From Roseovarius sp. UBA6217 (GTDB taxonomy: Bacteria; Pseudomonadota; Alphaproteobacteria; Rhodobacterales; Rhodobacteraceae): DNA of 64,000 nt. Position numbers and translations under genes: made by a program. The stretch lies in the NCBI GenBank assembly GCA_002421985.1, contig DISF01000043.1, forward strand, positions 4,462-68,461, given 5' to 3'. The notes under the pieces are model-generated. The model was not told the DNA's origin. It was given only the letters and a program-made list of their open reading frames with translations, and made no database searches. This document shows, one piece after another, positions 51,549 through 62,184 of the stretch. The stretch's first letter is position 1. Every line of letters begins with the position of its first letter.

Positions 51549-52253
51549 ATGCGCGATCACGACACCCTCGCCCCCCGGCCCGCCGCGCGGGGCTGCGCGC
51601 GCCCGCTGCCGGGCATGACCGTCCTCGTGGTCGAGGACAGCCGTTTCGCCTGCGAGGCGCTGCGCCTAATGTGCCTGCGCAGCGGGGCGCGCATCCGCCG
51701 CGCCGACAGCCTTGGCGCGGCGCGGCGGCACCTTTCGGTCTATCGTCCCTCGGTGATTCTCGTGGATGTCGGGCTGCCCGATGGCTCGGGGCTGGATCTG
51801 ATTGCCACGCTCGCGCAGGCGCGGCCGCGCATCGGCGTGATCCTCGCGATGAGCGGCACCCAAGGTGCGGCCTCTGCGGCGCAGGCGGCGGGGGCGGACG
51901 GGTTTCTTGCCAAGCCGCTGGACAGTCTTGGCCTCTTTCAGTCCGAAATCCTGCGCCACCTGCCGCCCGATCACGGCCCGCGCGGCCCGCGCGTGATCCC
52001 GTTTGAGAGCATCACGCCCGACCCGCTCGCCTATCGCGACGATCTCGACCACATGCGCGACCTGCTCGCCGATACCCCCGACGGCGCGGCGCTGGCCTAT
52101 GCCGCGCAGTTCCTCTCGGGCGTGGCGCGCGACGCGGGCGACAGCGCCCTTGCGCGCGCGGCCGACGGGCTGGCAGGGCCCGGCGCGGGGGCCTGCCTTG
52201 CCCATGTCATCGGCCTCATAGATCACCGCCTCGCAGAGCGCGCCGTGCTCTGA
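51549..52253 (+). CDS. Response regulator receiver protein with helical C-terminal domain
   Basis: VLVVEDS, VILVDVGLPDGSG, ILAMSG, FLAKP; no DNA-binding output domain recognised. Confidence 0.85.
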   Translation: MRDHDTLAPRPAARGCARPLPGMTVLVVEDSRFACEALRLMCLRSGARIRRADSLGAARRHLSVYRPSVILVDVGLPDGSGLDLIATLAQARPRIGVILAMSGTQGAASAAQAAGADGFLAKPLDSLGLFQSEILRHLPPDHGPRGPRVIPFESITPDPLAYRDDLDHMRDLLADTPDGAALAYAAQFLSGVARDAGDSALARAADGLAGPGAGACLAHVIGLIDHRLAERAVL

Positions 52254-52304
52254 TATTGCGGCGTCAGGGGGCGGCTGGGGGGAATGCCGCCATTCGCTTC
52301 CTGC

Positions 52305-52348
52305 CACCGCGCGGCTCATCGCATCACATCGACTATTCGCTCAAGACC
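52305..52348 (-). repeat. Interspersed repeat core, copy downstream of FG-GAP gene
   Basis: Ungapped 32/44 match to 41649-41692 (25/28 in the 3' part). Confidence 0.65.
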
Positions 52349-52413
52349 AACTCACACCCCACAAACACAGCCCCGCGACCACGCCCGGCAAAGCATCGCA
52401 ACCCAACCCCGCC

Positions 52414-53109
52414 TCAGCGGCAGGCCAGCGCGTCGTCGAGCGTCTCGGGGCCGGAATAGTCGCCGATCACAACGCTGACCGCCTCGCCGCCGCGATACCG
52501 CGTTGCAACCACGTGCTGCCAGCCGCGCGCGGCGGTGATGATCTCGGGGGTCTCGCCGCAGGCCCGGATGCCGCCGGGGATGACATCCCAGCCGATCTTG
52601 TGGTTGGTCAGCCCCGGCACATCCGCCACATGCCCGAGCGCACCATCGCGGAACCGCCATATCCGCAACATCTGGTTAAGGTGTGGGCGGTCGATATAGG
52701 CGATTTCCACATGCCCGTCCCCGTCCAGATCGGCCGCCCCGACCAGCGCGAGCCAGCGGTTGCGCGTGCCGATATGGGGGGTCGCCGCGATGCGCCCCTC
52801 GGGGCCGTAGACGGCAAGCCGCGCGCCCTGCGTCAGGCTCGATTCCACCACGATGACCTCGGCCGCGCCATCGCCGTCGAGATCGGCCAGACGCGGGGCG
52901 ATATCCTCGAAGACGAGGCTCTCGGGCAAGGTGATCCGCCGCGTCGTGCCATCGTCGAGCCCAAGCACCAGCGCGCCCCATTCGCCCCCCGCGCCCAGCA
53001 CCCGGTGGCCGTAGCGGTCTGTCGGATCGGCATAGCGCGCCGCCACCACCGCCTCTGCCACCACCATGCCCGGCCAGAGCAGCGCGGCAAGGATCAGCGC
53101 CGCGCGCAT
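52414..53109 (-). CDS. Secreted FG-GAP/VCBS repeat protein
   Basis: Sec signal; DLDGDGAAEVI and DLDGDGHVEIA Ca-binding-type repeats. Confidence 0.8.
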   Translation of the reverse strand: MRAALILAALLWPGMVVAEAVVAARYADPTDRYGHRVLGAGGEWGALVLGLDDGTTRRITLPESLVFEDIAPRLADLDGDGAAEVIVVESSLTQGARLAVYGPEGRIAATPHIGTRNRWLALVGAADLDGDGHVEIAYIDRPHLNQMLRIWRFRDGALGHVADVPGLTNHKIGWDVIPGGIRACGETPEIITAARGWQHVVATRYRGGEAVSVVIGDYSGPETLDDALACR

Positions 53110-53113
53110 CGGC

Positions 53114-53476
<363 letters not shown>

Positions 53477-53549
53477 CTAGTCACCCCCCCTGCCCGAGGC
53501 CAGCCCCATTTGCGCCGCGCGGCGAAAAGTCTTGTCGCCGCGCGCATAT

Positions 53550-53564
53550 GTTCTATCTTTGTTC
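53550..53564 (+). promoter_or_regulatory. Alphaproteobacterial LexA (SOS) box
   Basis: Exact GTTC-N7-GTTC (gttc tatcttt gttc) ending 2 nt before ATG 53567. Confidence 0.8.
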
Positions 53565-53566
53565 TC

Positions 53567-53941
53567 ATGACGCACCCCCTGCCCCGCCCGCCCTCGGCCC
53601 TCATCGCCGCCCGCCTGCCCGAGGTGCCGCCGGGGCGGCGCGTGGCGGTGGCGGGGCTGGTGATCGTGCGGCAGCGCCCCGGCACGGCGCGCGGGGTGGT
53701 GTTTCTCACGCTCGAGGACGAAACCGGGGTCGTCAATGTCATCGTCTGGCGCACCCTGTTCGAGCGGTATCGCCGCGCGGTGATCGCCGGGCGGCTCTTG
53801 CGCGTCACGGGCCGGGTAGAGCGGCAGGCCGGGGTGATCCATGTCGTGGCCGAGGAAATCGAGGATATCTCGCCCCTGCTCGACCGGCTGGCCGATGCCG
53901 ATGCCGAGGCCCCGCTTCCCCCGCGCGCGCAAACCGGCTAA
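53567..53941 (+). CDS. Stand-alone OB-fold protein homologous to the DnaE2 C-terminal domain
   Basis: VAGLVIVRQRPGTARGVVFLTLEDETGVVNVIVW...VIHVVAEEIEDIS resembles the C-family polymerase OB fold; 124 aa. Confidence 0.8.
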   Translation: MTHPLPRPPSALIAARLPEVPPGRRVAVAGLVIVRQRPGTARGVVFLTLEDETGVVNVIVWRTLFERYRRAVIAGRLLRVTGRVERQAGVIHVVAEEIEDISPLLDRLADADAEAPLPPRAQTG

Positions 53942-54083
53942 AGCAATTCCAGAAAAAGTTGATAGACTTTTTCGGTTCGGAATTGCGCCCCCTCAGGCAT
54001 TCAGAGCGTTTTGGTGTTTCAACGAAAAACCAAAATGCTCTAGGGTCGCTTCGACAGTCACCACCCGGATCGCCCCACCGCCC

Positions 54084-54593
54084 ATGCCCCGCCGCCCTGT
54101 CACCGCCCTCGGCCTCGCGCTCGCGCTCGCCGCCTGTCAGCCCCTGCCCGGCACGCCCACGCCCCCCCCCGGCCTTGCCGAGGCCCCGCCCGGTGCGCCT
54201 CCCGGCACCTGCTGGGGCAAGCAGGTCTCGCCCGCCGTGATCGAAACCGTCACCGAACAGGTGCAGAGCGCCCCCGCCGTGACCGATGCCGGGGGCCGCG
54301 TGCTGGTGCCCGCGCGCTACGCCACCGAGATCCGGCAAGTCATCGTCGAGGAACGCCGCGTGCGCTGGATCGAAACCCCCTGCCCGCAGATGCAGACCCC
54401 CGATTTCATCGCCTCGCTGCAACGCGCGCTGATCGCGCGGGAGCTTCATACCGGGCCGGTGACGGGGCAGATGGATGCGCGCACCCGCAGGGCCGTGCGG
54501 CAATTTCAATCCGCGCGCGGCCTCGACAGCGATATCCTCGCGCTCGACACCGCCCGCGATCTGGGGCTGGTGGCGGTGCCAAGGTCCGGCTGA
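54084..54593 (+). CDS. Lipoprotein with C-terminal peptidoglycan-binding domain
   Basis: Lipobox LAAC; LQRAL..R....G.VTG.MD..TR.AV..FQ PG-binding motif. Confidence 0.8.
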   Translation: MPRRPVTALGLALALAACQPLPGTPTPPPGLAEAPPGAPPGTCWGKQVSPAVIETVTEQVQSAPAVTDAGGRVLVPARYATEIRQVIVEERRVRWIETPCPQMQTPDFIASLQRALIARELHTGPVTGQMDARTRRAVRQFQSARGLDSDILALDTARDLGLVAVPRSG

Positions 54594-54684
54594 ACCACGG
54601 GCACGGGGCTGCTGCGCGGCAGGCGACATTGCGGCCAATGCAGGCCAGTGCCCCCGGCCCCACGCCCCGCACAATCACCTGCCG

Positions 54685-55272
54685 TCAGCCAATCTCGGTC
54701 CGCCCCCGCCGATCCACCCGCAGCGCCGCATAAAGCACATGCGTGCGCCAGCGCCCGTTGATCTGAAGATAGCTCTGCGCCACGCCCTCATATTTGAAGC
54801 CGCATTTCTCCAACAGCCCGCGCGAGGCCGCGTTCTCGGGCAGGCAGGCGGCCTCGATCCTGCTCAGGTCAAGCCGCTCGAACGCGTGATGCACCACGCC
54901 CGCGATGGCCTCGCCCATATAGCCCTGCCGCGCGTGAGCGGCCCCGATCCAATAACCGAGATTACCCACCTGCGCCGGCCCGCGCCGGATATTGTCCAGC
55001 GTGATCGCCCCCAAAAGCGCGCCATCCTCGCGCCGGATCAGAAACAGCGGCAGCGCGCTGCCGCCCGCAATCGCCCGCTGCGCCCACCATACCCGGTTGC
55101 TGAACGCCTTGCGCGACAGGTGATCGGGGGCCCAGGCGGGCTCCCACGGGGTCAGGAAGGCGGCGCTCTCGGCGCGCAGCGTGCTCCAGGGACGAAAATC
55201 CGCCATCACCGGCTGGCGCAGGGTCAGACGCTCGGTCTCGATCCTGACGGGCCGACGCGGCAGGAACAGCAT
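54685..55272 (-). CDS. RimJ/RimL-like GNAT acetyltransferase
   Basis: LGYWIG, GYMGEA, ACLPEN.ASRGLLEKCGF, INGRWRTH. Confidence 0.9.
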   Translation of the reverse strand: MLFLPRRPVRIETERLTLRQPVMADFRPWSTLRAESAAFLTPWEPAWAPDHLSRKAFSNRVWWAQRAIAGGSALPLFLIRREDGALLGAITLDNIRRGPAQVGNLGYWIGAAHARQGYMGEAIAGVVHHAFERLDLSRIEAACLPENAASRGLLEKCGFKYEGVAQSYLQINGRWRTHVLYAALRVDRRGRTEIG

Positions 55273-56534
55273 CAGGCCGCGCGCCTCGCATCGAGGCTGG
55301 CAAGATCCGGCGCGCCCGAAACCGGCCCGTAAAGCGCCAGCGCCGCCGGTGCCTGCGCCACCGTGGTCTCGGCCACCCGCCGCACATCCCCAAGCTCTAC
55401 CGCGTCGATCCGCTCGACCACCTCGGCCAGATCGGGCACCCGGCCCCAGATCTGCAACATCCGCGCCAGCCGCTCGGCCCGGTTCGAGGGGCTTTCCAGC
55501 CCCATCAGCAGCCCGGCCTTCATCTGCGCACGCGCGCGCTCGACCTCCACGATGCTCATGTCATCGGCGGCGCGCTTCATCTCGTCGATGGTGACATGCG
55601 CCAGCTCTGCGGTCGCATCGCCCGAGGTGCCCGCATAGATCGTCATCATGCCGGTATCGGCATAGGCCCCGGCCTGCGCGAAGATCGTATAGCAAAGCCC
55701 CCGCCGCTCGCGCACCTCCTGAAACAGCCGCGACGACATCGACCCGCCAAGCGCCGTGGCATAGATCTGCGCCGCGTGAATATCGGCATGGGCGTAATCC
55801 GGCCCCTCGAAGGCCAGCGCGAAATGCGCCTGCTCCAGCGCCTTTTCGCGCCGCACCTCGCCACCCGCAAAACGCGCGCGCGGGGCCTCGGCCACGGGAG
55901 CGGGGGCCATGTCGCCGAACATATCCTCGGCCATGCGCACCAGCACATCGTGATCCACCGCCCCCGCCGCCGCCAGAACCATCTGGCCAGGCCGGTAATG
56001 GCGGTCCACGAACCCCTCAAGATCGGGCCGGGCAAAGCCGCGCACCCGCTCCTCCGGCCCCAGGATGGTGCGCCCCAGCGGGTGATCGGGATAGGCGCGC
56101 TCCTGCAACCAGTCGAAAATGATGTCGTCGGGCGTATCGAGCGCTTGCCCGATCTCTTGCAGGATCACGCCGCGCTCCACCTCGATCTCGCGGGCGTCAA
56201 AGGCGGGGTTGCGCAGGATATCGGCCAGCACATCGGTGGCCAGCCCCACATCATCCTTGAGGACGCGCGCGTAATAGGCCGTGACCTCGCGGCTCGTATA
56301 AGCGTTGATATAGCCGCCCACATTCTCGATCGCCTCGGCAATCTCCAACGCAGAGCGCCGCGCCGTGCCCTTGAACGCCATATGTTCAAGGAAATGCGCG
56401 ATGCCGTTCTGCGCCTCATCCTCGTGGCGGGCACCGGCCAGCACCCAGACGCCGACAGCCGCCGATTGCAGGCCCGGCATGGCCTCCGACACGATGCGAA
56501 ATCCGTTTGAAAGGGTGGTCAGGTTGACACTCAA
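55272..56534 (-). CDS. M16 family zinc peptidase (TTG start)
   Basis: HFLEH inverted zinc motif, INAYTSRE, GGSMSSRLFQEVRERRGL. Confidence 0.93.
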   Translation of the reverse strand: MSVNLTTLSNGFRIVSEAMPGLQSAAVGVWVLAGARHEDEAQNGIAHFLEHMAFKGTARRSALEIAEAIENVGGYINAYTSREVTAYYARVLKDDVGLATDVLADILRNPAFDAREIEVERGVILQEIGQALDTPDDIIFDWLQERAYPDHPLGRTILGPEERVRGFARPDLEGFVDRHYRPGQMVLAAAGAVDHDVLVRMAEDMFGDMAPAPVAEAPRARFAGGEVRREKALEQAHFALAFEGPDYAHADIHAAQIYATALGGSMSSRLFQEVRERRGLCYTIFAQAGAYADTGMMTIYAGTSGDATAELAHVTIDEMKRAADDMSIVEVERARAQMKAGLLMGLESPSNRAERLARMLQIWGRVPDLAEVVERIDAVELGDVRRVAETTVAQAPAALALYGPVSGAPDLASLDARRAA

Positions 56535-57919
56535 TTGGTGATCCGTTCCTTGATAAGGCTCTCGATGGCGCTCAGGTCATTGGCGACCCGCGTCACGCGC
56601 TCTTTGCGGTCATACAGGTCCGCCATGCGCGCGGGCAAGGGGGGGTGAACACCGCTTGCCTCCTCCACCGCCGCCGGAAATTTCGCCGGATGCGCGGTGG
56701 CCAGCGTGATCATCGGCACGCCGGGCACGCGTTGCGCCCCGGCCACATGCACGCCGACGGCGGAATGCGGGCACAGCAACTCGCCACTCGCGGCCAGCGT
56801 CGCGCGGATCGCGGCGCGGGTCTCGTCCTCATCCGCGCGCCCCGAATCAAACACCTCGCGCAGGGCCTGCAACGCGCCCTGGCTCACGGTGAATCCGCCC
56901 GCCTTCAGCTCCTCCATCACCTGCGCCACCGCGCGCCCGTCCTGCCCATAGGCATAAAAGAGCGCCCGCTCGAAATTCGAGGACACCTGGATATCCATCG
57001 ACGGGCTGATCGTCGGGGCCACCCCGTCGGGGCGATAGGTGCCCGTGCTCAGGCAGCGGTGCAGGATGTCGTTGCGGTTGGTCGCCACCACCAGCCTCTC
57101 GATCGGCAGCCCCATCCGGCGCGCGATATACCCCGCGAAAATGTCGCCGAAATTGCCCGTGGGCACGGTGAAACTCACCTTTCGATCCGGCGCGCCAAGG
57201 CTCACCGCAGCGGTGAAATAATACACCACCTGCGCCAGCACCCGCGCCCAGTTGATCGAGTTCACCCCCGCCAGCCGCACCTCGTCGCGGAAGGCGAAAT
57301 CGTTGAACATGTCCTTCACGCGCGCCTGCGCATCGTCGAAATGACCGTCAATCGCCAGCGCATGAACATTGGCCTCAACCGGCGTGGTCATCTGCCGCCG
57401 CTGCACCTCGGACACGCGGCCATGCGGATAGAGGATGAACACATCCACCGCCTCCAGCCCCCGAAACGCCTCGATCGCCGCCGAGCCGGTATCGCCGCTC
57501 GTCGCGCCGACGATGCACACCCGCCGCCCCGAGCGTTTGAGAGACGCCTCGAACATCTGCCCGATGAGCTGCATGGCGAAATCCTTGAACGCCAGCGTCG
57601 GCCCGTGGAATAGCTCGAGCAGGAAATGCCCCGGCGCCAACTGCTTGAGCGGGGCCCGCGCGGCATGGCCGAACCCCGCATAGGCCCGCGCGATGATGCC
57701 GCGAAATTCATCCTCGGTGAACGCGCCGCCAAGATAGGGCCACATCACCCGGAACGCGGCCTCCTCATAGCTCACCCCCTCCAGCGCGCGGATATCATCG
57801 GCGCTCATCTGCGGGATGCTCTCGGGCAGATAGAGCCCGCCATCGCGCGCCAGCCCCGTCAGCATCGCCTCCTCGAATCCCAGAACGGGGGCCTGCCCCC
57901 GCGTCGAGATATACCTCAT
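56531..57919 (-). CDS. thrC: Threonine synthase
   Basis: MRYISTRG, FHGPTLAFKD, ATSGDTG, NSINWAR, VPTGNFG, TAHPAKF. Confidence 0.97.
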   Translation of the reverse strand: MRYISTRGQAPVLGFEEAMLTGLARDGGLYLPESIPQMSADDIRALEGVSYEEAAFRVMWPYLGGAFTEDEFRGIIARAYAGFGHAARAPLKQLAPGHFLLELFHGPTLAFKDFAMQLIGQMFEASLKRSGRRVCIVGATSGDTGSAAIEAFRGLEAVDVFILYPHGRVSEVQRRQMTTPVEANVHALAIDGHFDDAQARVKDMFNDFAFRDEVRLAGVNSINWARVLAQVVYYFTAAVSLGAPDRKVSFTVPTGNFGDIFAGYIARRMGLPIERLVVATNRNDILHRCLSTGTYRPDGVAPTISPSMDIQVSSNFERALFYAYGQDGRAVAQVMEELKAGGFTVSQGALQALREVFDSGRADEDETRAAIRATLAASGELLCPHSAVGVHVAGAQRVPGVPMITLATAHPAKFPAAVEEASGVHPPLPARMADLYDRKERVTRVANDLSAIESLIKERITN

Positions 57920-58599
57920 GTTCCTGCCCCTTTCGCGGCGCGCCGCTGCCGCCAGATGAAAGCCCCGGTCATCGCCGCCCATATTGCGGCCAGCGAAAAC
58001 CATGTGATCGCGTAACTCAGGTGATCGTTCGGGATGTGGCCCGTGTCCACCGGCAACGGTGTCACCCCCGCCTCGGGCGGCGACACCTGCCGCGCCACGA
58101 TCAAGAGCGGCTCGGTGCCCAACTCCGCGGCCATCTGCGCGATATCGCGCGCGAACCACATGTTGCCCGCAACATCGTTTTCCGGGGTCGAGCTCAGCCT
58201 GTCATCGGGCCAGTGCAGGTTGCCACGCACCGTCACCTCACCCTCGGGCTGCGGGATCGCGTCCGCGACCGCGACAAACCCCCGGTCCAGCAGCACGCGT
58301 CGCCCGCCCGTCTCGAGCGCGGAGACAAGCCGGTATCCCGGCCCCACCTGCTTGCGGCTCACCAGCACCCGCAACGCGCGCCCCCCGATCCGGCCGGTGG
58401 CCGCAACCGGCAAGTAACGATCCGCCCCCGGCGCCACCGCTTCGGGCAGGGCCACCGGCTCTGCCGCGATCCGGGCCTCGATATCGGCGAGCACGCCTTC
58501 TTTCCAGGCCAGCCGCTCAATCTGCCAGCGGCCCAACCCGACAAGCACCGCCACACCGGCGATGCCAAAGATCAACGGCACTAGAACGCGCTTTTTCAT
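57916..58599 (-). CDS. SURF1 family cytochrome oxidase assembly protein
   Basis: LG.WQ.ERLAWK, VLLDRGFV, NDHLSYAITWF. Confidence 0.93.
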   Translation of the reverse strand: MKKRVLVPLIFGIAGVAVLVGLGRWQIERLAWKEGVLADIEARIAAEPVALPEAVAPGADRYLPVAATGRIGGRALRVLVSRKQVGPGYRLVSALETGGRRVLLDRGFVAVADAIPQPEGEVTVRGNLHWPDDRLSSTPENDVAGNMWFARDIAQMAAELGTEPLLIVARQVSPPEAGVTPLPVDTGHIPNDHLSYAITWFSLAAIWAAMTGAFIWRQRRAAKGAGT

Positions 58600-58619
58600 G
58601 ATCCGCCTTCAAACGGAAA

Positions 58620-58644
58620 ATGCGGGGAAGGAAAACCCCCGCAT
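58620..58644 (-). terminator. Intrinsic terminator after ctaE
   Basis: ATGCGGGG/CCCCGCAT 8-bp stem followed on the minus strand by TTTCC. Confidence 0.6.
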
Positions 58645-58693
58645 CTTCATCTTGCCAAAAATACTCAATGTCGGGTGAGGCTCACACCAGCGA

Positions 58694-59494
58694 TCAGCCA
58701 CCCCAGACGTAGACGGCCGCAAAGAGAAACAGCCAGACCACGTCGACAAAGTGCCAATACCACGCCGCCGCCTCGAACCCGACATGCTGCTCTGGCGTGA
58801 AATGGCCCTTCAGCGTGCGCATCAGGCAAACGAACAGGAAGATCGTCCCGATCACCACATGCGCGCCGTGAAAGCCGGTGGCCATGAAGAAATTCGCCCC
58901 GTAGATATTGCCCGAAAAACCAAAGCCCGCATGGCTGTATTCATAGGCCTGGAACACGGTAAAGATCGCGCCCAGAGCAATCGCGAGGGTCAGGCCCCAT
59001 TTCATGTCCTGCCGGTTGTTCTCATGGACCAGCGCGTGATGCGCCCAGGTGGCCGCGCAGCCCGAACAGAGCAGGATCAGCGTGTTGATGAGCGGCAGGT
59101 GCCACGGGTCAAACGTCTCGATCCCCGCAGGCGGCCATACCCCGTCAACCATCGGAGAGTTTTCGCCCATCGGATACATGGCGTGCTTGAAAAAGCTCCA
59201 GAACCAGGCGGCGAAAAACATCACCTCGGACATGATGAACATGATAAAGCCGTAACGCAGCCCGATCCGCACCACCGGGGTATGATCGCCGGTCTGCCCC
59301 TCATGGACGACATCCGACCACCAGCCGAACATCACGTAAAGCACGCCGATCACCCCGGCGAGGAACATCCACGGCCCCTTGTCGTGAAAGAACAGCACCG
59401 CCCCGAACAGCATGACAAACCCCGCCAGCGCGCCCAGAAGCGGCCAGAGGGAGGGGGGCAGGATGTGGTAATCGTGGTTCTTGGTATGTGCCAT
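58694..59494 (-). CDS. ctaE: Cytochrome c oxidase aa3 subunit III
   Basis: [35 protein letters not shown]. Confidence 0.97.
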   Translation of the reverse strand: MAHTKNHDYHILPPSLWPLLGALAGFVMLFGAVLFFHDKGPWMFLAGVIGVLYVMFGWWSDVVHEGQTGDHTPVVRIGLRYGFIMFIMSEVMFFAAWFWSFFKHAMYPMGENSPMVDGVWPPAGIETFDPWHLPLINTLILLCSGCAATWAHHALVHENNRQDMKWGLTLAIALGAIFTVFQAYEYSHAGFGFSGNIYGANFFMATGFHGAHVVIGTIFLFVCLMRTLKGHFTPEQHVGFEAAAWYWHFVDVVWLFLFAAVYVWGG

Positions 59495-59519
59495 TTTGGT
59501 CTTTTCCCTCGTCGCAGGC

Positions 59520-60101
59520 TCAGTTCAGCGTTTTGCCGGTTTTTGCGACCGGCGCAAGGGCCGCGTGGCTCTCGGGCAGGTCAATTTCGTGGAACGTATA
59601 GGACAGCGTGATCGTGTGGACATATTGCCCCTCGCGGTCATCCACGATCGCGGGATCGACATAGAATGTCACCGGCATCTGCACCCGCTCGCCGGGTTGC
59701 AGCACCTGTTCGGTGAAGCAAAAACAGTCGATCTTGGTAAAAAAGCTACCGGCCTCGTAGGGCACGACGTTATAATTGGCGCGCCCTGCCACGGGCCGGT
59801 CGGTGGGGTTGTAGGCCTCGTAAAACGCAAGCCCCGTCTCGCCGATGCGGATCTCCATCTGCCGCGCAACGGGCTTGAACTCCCACGGCATCCCGCGATC
59901 GCGGGATGCGTCGAAGCGCACAGTGATGGTCTGGTCGAGCACCTTGTCGCTGCCCGCCTCGGCCACCCCGGTCACGCCGCCGAACCCCGTGACCCGGCAG
60001 AACCAGTCATAGAACGGGACCGACGCCCATGCCAGCCCGCCCATGAGCACCACCACGCCGACAAGCTGCACCAGGGTTCTGGTTTTCGGATCGAGTGCCA
60101 T
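59520..60101 (-). CDS. ctaG: Cytochrome c oxidase copper chaperone CtaG/Cox11
   Basis: [19 protein letters not shown]. Confidence 0.96.
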   Translation of the reverse strand: MALDPKTRTLVQLVGVVVLMGGLAWASVPFYDWFCRVTGFGGVTGVAEAGSDKVLDQTITVRFDASRDRGMPWEFKPVARQMEIRIGETGLAFYEAYNPTDRPVAGRANYNVVPYEAGSFFTKIDCFCFTEQVLQPGERVQMPVTFYVDPAIVDDREGQYVHTITLSYTFHEIDLPESHAALAPVAKTGKTLN

Positions 60102-60283
60102 CAGTTCCCCTTCCCTTGCGGTGCCTGCTGCCCTTGCGGCGTGCGCACCGCGAAGCCCTCGTTCGTGACCTTGGCGATGGTAAGGCCAAAGACCAGCGCC
60201 ACGAATCCCGCCAGCACAAGGCCAAGCCCCAGATTGCGCCCGAACCGCCGCTTGTGCAGCTCATGTTCCTCACGAAAGCTCAT
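60101..60283 (-). CDS. Small single-TM protein between ctaB and ctaG
   Basis: [29 protein letters not shown]; overlaps both neighbours. Confidence 0.7.
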   Translation of the reverse strand: MSFREEHELHKRRFGRNLGLGLVLAGFVALVFGLTIAKVTNEGFAVRTPQGQQAPQGKGN

Positions 60284-61227
60284 GCCCAGCCCGCCAGTCC
60301 CAATCCGCGCAGCGCCGCCTCGGCCAGAATGGCGGTGAAATGAGCGAACAGATACCACAGCGACAGCCGGAAGGCGCGCCGTTCCACCCGGTAATTATCG
60401 GCTTCGGCCATGGCCTCGTCGCGCCGCCAGATCGCCACCGCGTCGCGCAGGAAGAGCGCGTTGAACACCACCGCAACAGCGAGGTAAACCGGCCCGCCGA
60501 TCCCGGTAAACGCCGCACCCACAGCCATCACAGCAAGAATCACCGTGTAGGCGAGGATATGCACCCGCGTCGCGCGCTGCCCATGGGTCACGGTCAGCAT
60601 CGGCACGCCCGCATTGTCATAATCGCCCCGCATGACCAGCGCCAGCGCCCAGAAATGCGGCGGCGTCCACATGAAAATGAGCGCGAACATCAACACCGAT
60701 TCAATGCTCACCGTGCCCGTCGCCGCCGCCCAGCCGATCATCGGCGGAAACGCCCCCGCCGCGCCGCCGATGACGATATTCTGCGGCGTCCAGCGTTTCA
60801 GGCCAATGGTGTAGATCACCACGTAGAAAAAGATGGTGAAGGCGAGGAGCGCGGCGGCCAGCGCATTGGTGGCCAGCCACAGCATCACCACCGACATCAC
60901 CGCCAGCGTGACCCCGAAGGCAAACGCCTCGTCGCGCGTCACCCGGCCGGAGGGGATCGGCCGCTTGCGCGTCCGCTTCATCAACGCGTCGATATCGGAT
61001 TCCCACCACATGTTGAGCGCGCCCGAGGCCCCGCCCCCCACAGCGATGAAGAGGATCGCCGCAAGCCCCACCACCGGATGCACCGCCACCGGCGCCGCCA
61101 GAAGGCCCACCAGCGCCGTGAACACCACAAGCGTCATGACACGCGGCTTGAGCAGCGCAAAGAAATCGCCAAACCCCGCCTCGCCGGGTTGCGTGGTGCT
61201 GGCACTGTGAAGGCTTGCGTCGCTCAT
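60280..61227 (-). CDS. ctaB: Protoheme IX farnesyltransferase (heme o synthase)
   Basis: [31 protein letters not shown]. Confidence 0.96.
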   Translation of the reverse strand: MSDASLHSASTTQPGEAGFGDFFALLKPRVMTLVVFTALVGLLAAPVAVHPVVGLAAILFIAVGGGASGALNMWWESDIDALMKRTRKRPIPSGRVTRDEAFAFGVTLAVMSVVMLWLATNALAAALLAFTIFFYVVIYTIGLKRWTPQNIVIGGAAGAFPPMIGWAAATGTVSIESVLMFALIFMWTPPHFWALALVMRGDYDNAGVPMLTVTHGQRATRVHILAYTVILAVMAVGAAFTGIGGPVYLAVAVVFNALFLRDAVAIWRRDEAMAEADNYRVERRAFRLSLWYLFAHFTAILAEAALRGLGLAGWA

Positions 61228-61296
61228 GGTGATAAGGCTCTTTGGTTCGTCGTTTCAGGGCCGCCAGGGGGCCGGGGCGCGCCCGGCCCGGCGCAC

Positions 61297-62184
61297 TCAG
61301 TCAGCAGCGGCGACCTGCACCCCGCCCGAAAGGGTGGACGGATCGCCCGCATATTCCTCGATCGCACCTTCAAGCCATGCGGCATAGTCCGCCTCGCTCA
61401 CCACCTTGACGGTGATCGGCATATAGGCATGGGCCTGCCCGCACAACTCCGAGCACTGGCCGAAATAGATGCCTTCCTTCTCGGCCTTGAACCAAAGCTG
61501 CGCCAGACGCCCCGGCACCGCGTCCTGCTTTACACCAAAGGCCGGGATCGTCCAGCTATGGATCACGTCCGCGCCGGTCACGGTCATCACCACGACCTTG
61601 TTGACCGGCACGACCACGGCGGTATCCGTGGCCAGCAGGAATTCGTCGCGGCTATAGCCCGCGTCGACAAGTTGCGCCTCCACCTCGGGCGTCAAGCGAT
61701 TGTCGCCCCCCGTCGCGGGCGCGCCGATCATGTAACTGTCGAACCCGAAATCGTGATCGGTGTATTCATAGCCCCAATACCACTGATAGCCGGTCACCTT
61801 GATGTTGATCTCGCCCTCGGGGATCTCCTGCTGCTTGAACAGGATCGGCAGCGAATTCGCACCGATGAACACAAGGATCAGGATCGGCACGATGGTCCAG
61901 GCAATCTCGACCGGCGTGTTATGGGTGAATTTCGCAGGCGTCGGATTGGCGCGCCGGTTGTAGCGCACGATTACATAGACAAGCAGCGCCGTCACAAACA
62001 GCGTGATCGCGATGATGATAACGTTGATCGCCCCGTCAAGCCATTGCAAATCGCGGGCAAGCTCGGTTCCGGCGGGCTGAAACCCGGTTTTGCCCGCGAC
62101 GGGCGCACCCACAAGCTCTTGCGCACGCGCAGGAAGGGCGAGGATGGCGGCCATGACGGCCATGAGGCTGGGGGTAAATCGCAT
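61297..62184 (-). CDS. ctaC: Cytochrome c oxidase aa3 subunit II
   Basis: [16 protein letters not shown], CuA site [12 protein letters not shown]. Confidence 0.97.
   Translation of the reverse strand: MRFTPSLMAVMAAILALPARAQELVGAPVAGKTGFQPAGTELARDLQWLDGAINVIIIAITLFVTALLVYVIVRYNRRANPTPAKFTHNTPVEIAWTIVPILILVFIGANSLPILFKQQEIPEGEINIKVTGYQWYWGYEYTDHDFGFDSYMIGAPATGGDNRLTPEVEAQLVDAGYSRDEFLLATDTAVVVPVNKVVVMTVTGADVIHSWTIPAFGVKQDAVPGRLAQLWFKAEKEGIYFGQCSELCGQAHAYMPITVKVVSEADYAAWLEGAIEEYAGDPSTLSGGVQVAAAD

Noticed and set aside
58694-62184. Missing subunit I (ctaD) in the aa3 oxidase cluster
   Set aside because: Separate location of ctaD is the normal arrangement in Rhodobacter/Paracoccus relatives.
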